This document shows, piece after piece, positions 54,807 to 64,000 of a stretch of DNA of 64,000 bases. The DNA lies in NCBI GenBank assembly GCA_035084275.1, contig CM068751.1, forward strand, positions 18,724,001-18,788,000. Reading direction: 5' to 3'. The notes under the pieces were generated by a model. The model was given only the letters and a program-made list of their open reading frames with translations, did no database searches and had not been told where the DNA came from. Position 1 is the first letter of the stretch; each line of letters starts with the position of its first letter. The position numbers were made by a program, and so were the translations under genes. This stretch comes from Hydrolagus colliei (lineage: Eukaryota).

Positions 54807-56537
54807 CTAGCATTTTGAAACAGGAACATACGTCAACTCATTCATAGTATTCACTGAAAGTCGCGCAGTGGTTGGGATTCGGAAGGCCCTGTCTGTCGAG
54901 TTGCTCGAGGCACGATGCATTAAAAAGGTTTGGAAGGGAAGCTTTGCAAATGATTGACAATGATTGCTGGCAGGACATTGTGCATCCTAGTGTGTGCACA
55001 TTTGTGCGCGCATGAGAGAGAGAGAAAGAAAGAGAGAAAGAATTTGTGTCGGAGAAACAGAAATGGCTGAGATCAGCAACAGGTGAAGCACATCTAGAAA
55101 AAAACCTCACACTAAAAAAAATTGGTCATTTCAATCCACGACTGTTTGTGGGGGATGCTGCTGTGCGCAATTGGCTGCCGCGATTCGCCCACAAATATAA
55201 AGTCAATTCACATCACACTATATTCTGTGAAGCGCTTTGAGATGTCGACAAGATGTGAAAAGCCCTATATCAAAATGCAAGGATTATGATTATTATATTA
55301 TTATAAGAACACAGCAAAGAAAACCAAATCATGAAAAAAAACACAGCTCAGGTGTCAAACTGTCCAAAGCTTCGGAGTGTAGTCGGTTGAATTTGTTAGA
55401 TTGAGATACAGTATCAACATCTGACCCGAGAGTGCTCAATACTAACATTTAGAAAACAAAAGTCCACTCTTTTCGAACCCAAATGTCCATCGCTTCAATG
55501 TGCACGCAAAGACTTCCGAGAAGGGACATTTTTTTTATATCAATCAGATCATATCTGCCTTTAGCAAAAGTCCAACAGTCAAGGGGCGAAATGTTTTGGG
55601 GATTTTATGAGTAAGGAATGCAGTGCGTCAATAAGGAAATTAACCGCCTGTACTTTCACCTTTTCTGCCTTCATTTATATCTTTTAATTCTACCAGAATT
55701 AACCCAGTCTGCAGAAATCATAGCGTTTGTTTTGTCCTGAGGGATGTTTCTAAACAGAAAGGTTTTCGTGGTCCACTGATAGATCTATCTGTATGACGAC
55801 AAAACCTTTTCCCCTTCTCTCTTTCTCTCTGTCTCGCTTACCTAGCACCCTCATTTCTCACATGAGAACAATCAGCCCCACCAGGGCTCTGTCCTCACAC
55901 ACTCCCTGTCCACCTTCGCTACTATTTCTCCTCCCTTCTACCTCAAGAGTTTCGGATTCAATTCCTTGTGAGAAGTTACCAGAGGAGCAGCAATGAATCT
56001 ATTACACAATCACAAATTCACCCGAAACGTTAACCCACTTTCCTCTCTGCATAGATGCTGTCTGTTTTTATTTCACTTTAAGTTAAAGTCCTGTCGCTCA
56101 GTGGTCAGAGAGAGCACTCGCCTTACAAGGGCGAGACCTGTGTTCGAATCCAGGCAGGGCGGGGCAAAACCTTGGGCAAGTTTTCTTACTACACACACAC
56201 ACACACACACGCCTAATAATAATCCCTCCAAATAAAAAACACAATACAGTAATAAAATTGGTCATTTCAATCTGTTTGTGGGGGACACTGCTGTGCACAA
56301 TTGGCTATCGTGTTTCGCCCCCAAACATACAGTCAGTTCACTTTACAGTATATCAACTGCAAGGATTATTATTATTATTATTTTAGCGCCTTTCACTTCA
56401 GGAGGATGTCCTAAGGCTCTGGACATTATTATATTCTGTGAAGCGCTTTGAGAAAGCTCATCCAGGTGATTCGGTGCTATATCAAATGCAAAGATTATTA
56501 TTATTATTATTAAAATTAAAAGCTGCCTCTCACTCAC

Positions 56538-56701
56538 CGACACAAACTCATCAAACTTGATTTTCCCATCTCGCTTGTGATCGGCTGTCGTGACTATCTG
56601 TTCCACAATTTCCCGCACCCTGTAGCCAGGCAGACGGAGGTTTGCCTCCTTGAAGAGGTCTTGGAGCTCGTAGTCGCTGACATACCCACACTGGTCAACG
56701 T
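56538..56701 (-). CDS. PLS1: PLS1 coding exon 2 (two EF-hand loops)
   Basis: attag|AC VDQCGYVSDYELQDLFKEANLRLPGYRVREIVEQIVTTADHKRDGKIKFDEFVS|gtgagt. Confidence 0.94.
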
Positions 56702-57321
56702 CTAATAAAATAAAGAATAATAATTGTAGACTTTAAGAGAAGCAATTGGTTTATACTTCCGCAATCTCAGTCACACATTCGATAACACAAGGTCCTGGGG
56801 CTGAGATTGACTGCGACAGGGGAGAGACGTCCAACCTTTTGGCCGCTGAGGGCAGAACGTTGGACGCGAGAGAGATCCGCGGAGAGTGTCAGAAATATTT
56901 TATCCTGATTGACCAGAGTTGTAGAGAGCCTCATGAAATGAATCAAGGCCTGCATTTGCTCACCAGACAATAAAGTTGAAAATAGTTTGCAAGGATGGAT
57001 TAAATCAACCCCAGGCCAGATGTGGACTAGTGGTCACATTGGCAACTCCTAATCCCCCTTTCTCTCCCCCACCTCCCTGTCCCCAGCTCGAGTCTAAAGC
57101 AGTGACTGTCCAGTTCCTTGAGACGTCCTTTTGACGTGAAAGGTGCTGTACAAGTGTAATTTTGTTTCTTAGTTTGTTAGTCAGACTGCCATTTGGATTA
57201 CCCCGGACCATTTCTACACAAAATCTTCTTGTTCAATATGTCTGAGCGTCACACCAATGTACATGGACGGACCTGAATTATATAATGTTCAATTAAGTAG
57301 AGTAGTGAGCAGAATTCCTAC

Positions 57322-57391
57322 CTATCTTGTTGAAAGCTTCTTTCAGTTCTTCCAGCTCCTCGCGGGAAATATGCGTCTTGCAGTTTGCCAT
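57322..57391 (-). CDS. PLS1: PLS1 first coding exon (exon probably begins at 57438 with a short UTR)
   Basis: AGGATGG Kozak; MANCKTHISREELEELKEAFNKI+G|gtagga. Upstream acceptor cctag at 57439-57443. Called PLS1 rather than PLS3/LCP1 from the GYVSDYELQDLFKEA motif and adjacency to TRPC1. Confidence 0.9.
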
Positions 57392-60300
57392 CCTCTCCCA
57401 ATCCAACTGGCGTCCGTCTGGCTCTCAGGACTTCAAACCTAGGATGAAGTCCAGAATAAAATTGATTTTCAAAGCAATGGTTCTAACTAACAAGAGCAGC
57501 AAGTATGTGCGCCTGCACCTTGCTCGTCAATAAACAGATGGAAAATTAGAAATACATATCAGATTATTTGTGGATAAAGCAGGTGCGTAAAACCTCTTCA
57601 TAAAAGTCAAAGTACATTTTAGGATTGGGCGCTGTTTGGAAAGAGAAACACGTTTCTTCTGGTGTCGCGACCGACAATACAATACCGACATTAAAAAGGC
57701 AATTTTTTCATTCCCCGGATATTACATTCAGTTATTTGAGTTTTGCTCCTTCCTCAAATACACTCGGATCCAAGGACCAAACCTGATGAACTTAAAAGGG
57801 ATCCTTAGCAATCATTGAAATTCTTGCGGGGAAAATAGTTACGGAACTATTCCATCCCTCATATAAACACTTGCTTTCACCACTCTCGCTAGATTATTTG
57901 CACAGCGTGTATATACAGTAAAATAAATCAATCTGACACAAAGCTGTTTCGATTCATTGCTGGAGAAACACAGTATTTTAAGGCATGCAGTCCTTCAGAT
58001 AGAACTTCAAACCAAGGTTACATTTGCCCGACCAGCTACATATTAAGGATTTCCCCCGTCACTGTTTGAAAAGAGATGGAAGTTTTTTCCCCCAGGGATC
58101 TGATCATCAATCCCTGGATAAAAAAAAAATCCTCATTCATTTCAGGCATGTTTGTGAGACACATTTGTGCAAATCGTGAAGCTCCACGGGAAGTTTTTAA
58201 ATATCTCTCTCTCAAATTGCCAAAATTTGTGTTTTTCTATTTTAAAAAAATGAAATTCTGAACAAATAAAATCTTACAGGTAACACATCTTACAATATCG
58301 CCGGGCTCCACAGTGAAATAACGTCAGTGTGACCAGCAAAAGTTTTCTTAAAAGCTATAAGCAGGTGTAACTTTGAAAGGTGAAGGAGTGAGGGCGACGC
58401 AGGCTCTCAAAGACCGAGGAGAGCAAACATTACAATATGTGTTCTCGTCTACAATGCTATGGGCTTTAGTTTAATTTAAGAAATCCCAGTGGAAAGAAAA
58501 ATAAATCACGCTGAGCAGTGATTGAACTGCAAGATCACAGGGTGTGGCTGGCGTCAGCTCTGCACCTGTGATTTGGCATATGTTTTGCTCACAGGTTTTA
58601 TGTGCAAGAGAACAGTGAGTTCTTAACTGCCATGGATCACAACCCTCCTCCATCCGCCACCCACCCCCCCCACCCCTCACACTTTGCCCAATTCAACAGA
58701 CGGACGGCTCTCTGTCCTGGTCCAAACCTGGTCCTTGCCACACAACTGACAGCTACGTTATAAAGGACGCTATAAAGGACGCATGTGTTCTTTCTAATTG
58801 TACTTACAGTTAAATTAAAAGAATTACGTTGTGTGGAGACGTTCCGTGTAGCGTATTGCTCAGAGCACTCGCCTCGCAAGAGAGAAGAACCGGGATTGAC
58901 AAGGGACAAGGGAGAGAGCAAGGCAAAGGGATTGTGGGATGGAGTTCCAAAGGTTGGGGGTAGAGAAGCTGAAATCCTGGCCGCCGATGGTAGGGCAGGT
59001 CGGGGGGAAGACACGGAGGAGGCCAGAGCTACATCTGACCTGCTCCCATCAAGACTCTATATCAAACGCAAGATTTATTATTATTATTATGAATGTTATT
59101 TGCTGTTGCCTACCTGCTTTAACAACGTAAGTGGCAATTGAATATGGGCAAAAATATGGAAGTTTTCTGTGAAGAGTGACTCGCAGATTTGAAAGAGAGT
59201 GTGATCGAGGTTGATTTGAAAGAGGCAAAGACTTGTAAAGTTTGAACTGAAGGAAGTTTGAGTGAATCTCCGTTGCGTTTTGTGGATGAAATAACATTAC
59301 ACCTGCAATCTCAACTACAACATTCCCAGCCCACAGATGTCAGGAGCAACTCAACAGGCAAAGGGAAACTTTTTAACCGGGAGAAACCGCGGACTCCCCT
59401 GTTGGCCAGAATCCTACATTGTCTAGTCACCAGGTCACTGCCTTTCCCCTCAGTGTCAGAGGGAGACAGTCTCAAGCTGGATGGTGGGGATCAAACATAA
59501 GGTGCCAACAACTGTGTGGGAACAAGGCAAGAATCCAGCAGAACTGTCTGATTCTGCACCATTCCAACCCGGTGACTTTTGAGAGGGAGGAGCCTTTGAT
59601 AGATGGCATCAACACAGGGTGTACAAAGCTCTGACCCTCTCTGAACCTTGCCATCTGCGTGAGGTACTAGAGCAATAACACATTTCATGACTGTCCCTGT
59701 AACATTCTTGTTCGATTACTCCGGGTAGTATTGACTCAGCCGAGTGCTTTTATGGCGCCGAGCCAGCTCATTGCTCTGTTTGATGGATTTCAACATTCAT
59801 TTCGCGTTCCACAACCTTCAACCTGAATTCACTGCTGCTCAGTGGCTGGGACATTCCTTCGAACGTGAATGTGACTGAGGAACCCTACCTACCCTCGTCT
59901 TGAATCACTGCACCAAAGTGACAAATCGACGGTCTGATCTCGCACTCGCGAAAGGCGATAAGCATCGCTACAAGATTTCTGCAAACAGGTGAAAAAAATG
60001 AGGATTATCTAAGGTCATTCAATGCATTATACCTCATTGTAAAGTGCATGTTAGCAACGGCACTGTTCAAAAAGGGGCGGGATTTTTTTCCTCCCAACAA
60101 TCTCCCAAATAAAACCGCTTGTTCGCTTTGTGGCTGTTCAGGGTACAAAGCTGCACGCCATTTGGCTGCGGTGTTTGCCTACCACATACAGTACACAGTC
60201 ACTACGCTTTCCTGTCAAGTCCTTTGAAACCTCCCCTGGGTGTGAAAGGCCCAGTATAGCATCAAATGCCTCCCAAAAAAAAGTTTTCATCAGTAAAACT

Positions 60301-63300
60301 GGTTACTCCTGGATCATGTGTGGGATCATTCGCTGATTCAGAATCAATAATTTGCCCCAGCATTTCAAAGGCATGAAATCGGCACGTGCTTTATACAATT
60401 TGGGATATTTTGAAAAGAACAACAACACTGTTAACGACAAAAGTCTAAATAACACACGCACACGTACACACACAAACACACCCACGAGAGAGATTTAAAG
60501 CCAGAAACATTTACAGGACAGGATAACGTACACAATTTGAAAGAGAGAAACATGATTTAATAACCTATTGAATCAGGGATCTGATTTACAAGCAGGTTTG
60601 TAACCAATGGTCAAAACTTTGGAATTCTGCCAAGTGTGCAATTCTTGGAACTCCGTTCGCCTGGGAGCTAAACTTCCGGGTTTCACTGCTGTTTTCTCTG
60701 TGAAGCCGAAAATGCTAGCAAATCAGAGATTTGCAGAAAATGTCGCCCAAATCTCCAACCATTCATCCTCGACAAACAGAGAGACAACAGCCAAATCAGA
60801 GAGCATTCAAACTCTTATTATTAATCCAAAAATTCCTAACGGCGCCTTAAGCTTAACCTTTCAGTACCTTAAAGTGAACCTTCTTCCCACTTTGTTTTCA
60901 GGCTTGCAATCGTATCACTCCAAATTTACAGCTGGCAAATTGCTGGTAATGTTACAAATGGAATGCAAAGTGATAAGGCGATCTATCAAATGCACAGATT
61001 AGCTTTATTTCTTCTTGAAAAGATAAGGCGGGTCAGTGGGGATCGAGTGAATATGTTTCCCCGAGAGCCAGTGCAGACTTGATTAGCCCGAATCCCCTTC
61101 ATCTGTGCTGCAAATTTCTATGATTCTCCAAATCATTCCCATCACAATCAGCCTATTTATCGCCAACCTGAATTTCCTCAATGCACTGCGGGCAAGAGAG
61201 AAAAGTTTCAACTCTGGACTCAAATCCATCCTTGTTGCAGTGAAAATGTGTGCAACCAGATTTGGGTTTAGTTTTGAGTCCAGAATTGGCCGTTCACCTT
61301 TCTGCAAACCGTGTCTGTCTTTTCATTTATAATCCTGATCATTGTTGAAACGTCTAAAAGTTTATGTGTAACTCGTAAGAACCGCGTTTAACACGCATGT
61401 AAGATAATAATAATAATCCTTGCATTTGATATAGCGCTTTTCACATAATATACTGCAAAGTGAATTGTCTGTATATTTGTGGGCGTAACGCGGCATCCAA
61501 TTGCGCACAGCAGCGTCCCCCACAAACAGTTGTGGATTGAAAATGACCAATTTTTATCACTGTGGTTTTTTTTCGGAGGGATTATTATTAACATGCTGGC
61601 ATTTCAACACTGATTGTCAGCATCCAACACTGAAGCAGGGACCTTGAACTACCTACACCAGTGACATTCAGTGGAAAAACACTCACAAAGACACTTTGTT
61701 CGACTCAGATTTATTCTATCTCGTCTATTTCAATGAATGCTGGATTTCTCAGAAAAAACTATTTCAGGGTTGGGATGGTGGCATTAAGATTCGCAAAGTT
61801 TTTGTTGAATGAAAACTGAGTGTCGCAAGTCACAATGGTGTCTTTTACAATTAAGAAACATCTTTGAACTTGATATAACTATCAAGAAGAAGCTCAGTCA
61901 AGAGGATGTCTTGAAGCGATCCATAGGATTTAATGTAAAAATGCATTTTTTTGCAGTAAATCCGCGGAACCTGTGTTTGAAAGAAATGCACTTAGGAAGA
62001 AAATTGATGCATGCTTGAGAAGAGAATAATAATCCTTGCATTTGATAGAGCGCCTTATCATGTTGATGAGATGTCTCAAAGCGCTTTGCAGTATATACCG
62101 TAAAGTGAAGGAGTGACTGTGTGTTTTGTGGGCGAATCGCAGCAGCTTTGGAGCGAGTGGTCAATTTTATCTGGGTAGGATAATTGGGCAGGACTTTGAG
62201 AGAGAGAAACTCCCTTCTCTCTTTGAATAGTTTCCATGGGATCCTTGACACGCACCTGAACAGCTAGAGAGGATCTCGGTTTAACATCTCATCCAAAGGA
62301 CTGGGAGAGCAGAGAGGAGTAGATGGGGTGGAGTTTGTGTGGAGTTGAAACACTAGCAAAGAAAAGTTGGGACCCCAAATATTCTGTCTCTGCTCTGCAT
62401 GTCTGTCCCAGCTCCCCACACCCCCAGCTCAGGTTCACATACACCCTGTGAAGCACTTGTACGCTATACAAATGTAATTTTGTTGTTGTTGTTGTTATTT
62501 GACTCATCCTCCCTCATGAAAGAGGGTAGAAATGCACAAATATTGCCGTAAATATAGCTGAATCAAAGGCGTTGATTCACTGCACAACTGGCTGCCCAGT
62601 TTCACCCACAAAATACACAGTCTCTATTCAACATATGATGTGAAACACTTTGAGACGTCTCCGCAAAGTGATAAGGCGCTATACGACAAATGCGAGGATT
62701 ATTATAATTAGACGGGAGCGCAATAAAGTTCACCTTATCCCACCGCGCGATGCACATTCGAGCCGGGGAAAGTGGGCGCAGGGCTTCCATCCCTTCTGAG
62801 ACAAATAGATGTTGCGCCTCAACAGATGACTACAGCGCCTCGAAACTCAGCATCGAGTATGGAAATGAAATGGAGAGAGATCAATTATACATACACATCA
62901 GCAGCACAATGGGCGATTTCTCTTTGCAGCTGCCAAGGCGCAAGGCACGCACCCGATGATGGAAATATATCTGTATTATAAAGGCTTCAATCACCAAAGC
63001 AGATAGAAGTGGCAGGGGTACACAGTCCCTCCGTGACATGTCACCGGCCAGGTCATCCGGAGGTTTAATCATCGCTAACAAGCTCCCTTGAAACCAGGGC
63101 AAGATGACACGATTCAATTGTGTTAACGCAGGAACTACATTCAACGGATTGACATGTCAAATGGCATTGCAGCTCTCAATCGAAGTCCTTGGGATCGTAA
63201 TAATTCATTAGCGCAGCCTGAAAGACGTTGCATTCACATCTACGGTTAATCAAGCGGAGAGGCGCGGGCGAGATCACAAACGGCACTTACCTTATCGTGG

Positions 63301-64000
63301 GGATAAAAAACTCTGCTTTGTTTAACAGAAACAGCCAAATGATTTGACTGCCTTACTTTCCACTTGCCAGAGAGATAGGATCTTCTCTTAGCAACCCACA
63401 GGTATCAATATCCAAACACATTTAGACAATCCGCTCTGGGAGATTGGTACTAATAATAATAAGATTAATACTGTACTTATATTCTTTATGCTGGTCTTTT
63501 TGACTTACCAATGTTGGTTGGCAATTCTCTGCCTACATGACAAACTCAAGCAGCCGGTCCACGTTCTAGCAAGCAGCAAACACTTCTCTAGTCGATGACA
63601 GCCCAGCCTCTAAAAGACTGGCGGAGGCATTACATTATTAATCGTGTCAGAAGCGGATTAATTTACAGCGAGTCTGACAGATAAATAGCTCAGCACTTCC
63701 TTTTCTTCTCCCCTTCAAATCTCCTCATCTCCCCCCCCCCCCCCCCCCCCCAACCCCCCCACCCCCGTCAACAGTGAGCCGAAGGTTCCCGCAGAGCGAA
63801 ACAAGTTAAGAATCGTCTCAAAGGGAGCCTGGAAGCGACAACCTAAGATCTTTAGATTTCACAGCACAAGAGCACCCGAATAACAGCAGTCCAACTGACG
63901 TGGTAATACATCGCAGGATTTACTCTACCAGGTTTAGCAACGGGCACACTTTTGAAACAACTTGCTCTTCCCGCAGATTGCGGAGTACGCTGTCTGTCCC

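Overview
Eukaryotic (vertebrate) genomic DNA, intron-rich and dense in retroposons. The repeat content (DeuSINE-type SINEs, L2, CR1) and gene sequences point to a cartilaginous fish, probably a chimaera such as the elephant shark (inference). I traced four spliced genes by hand using GT-AG boundaries and phase continuity. (1) A probable U2SURP first coding exon and promoter (- strand, 432-494). (2) A complete 9-exon PCOLCE2 (+, 7684-25099; 1230 nt, 409 aa; signal peptide-CUB1-CUB2-NTR). (3) TRPC1 exons 4-13 (-, 47737-27742; 649 aa visible). (4) The first 7 coding exons of PLS1/plastin-1 (-, 57391-51547; 296 aa visible). The order matches the conserved vertebrate PLS1-TRPC1-PCOLCE2-(PAQR9)-U2SURP block, but no PAQR9 is visible. 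The 200-N gap at 51080-51279 must stand in for the 3' half of PLS1 and TRPC1 exons 1-3; as assembled, the two genes could splice into an in-frame chimera. Most ORFs in the supplied track are SINE or microsatellite noise. I found no convincing wholly new multi-gene system. The best leads are a SINE-derived splice donor in PLS1, substituted plastin EF-hand loops, a 1.4-kb inverted-repeat element, degenerate hammerhead-like motifs and three layers of DeuSINEs. Comparisons to human sequences are from memory and need alignment.
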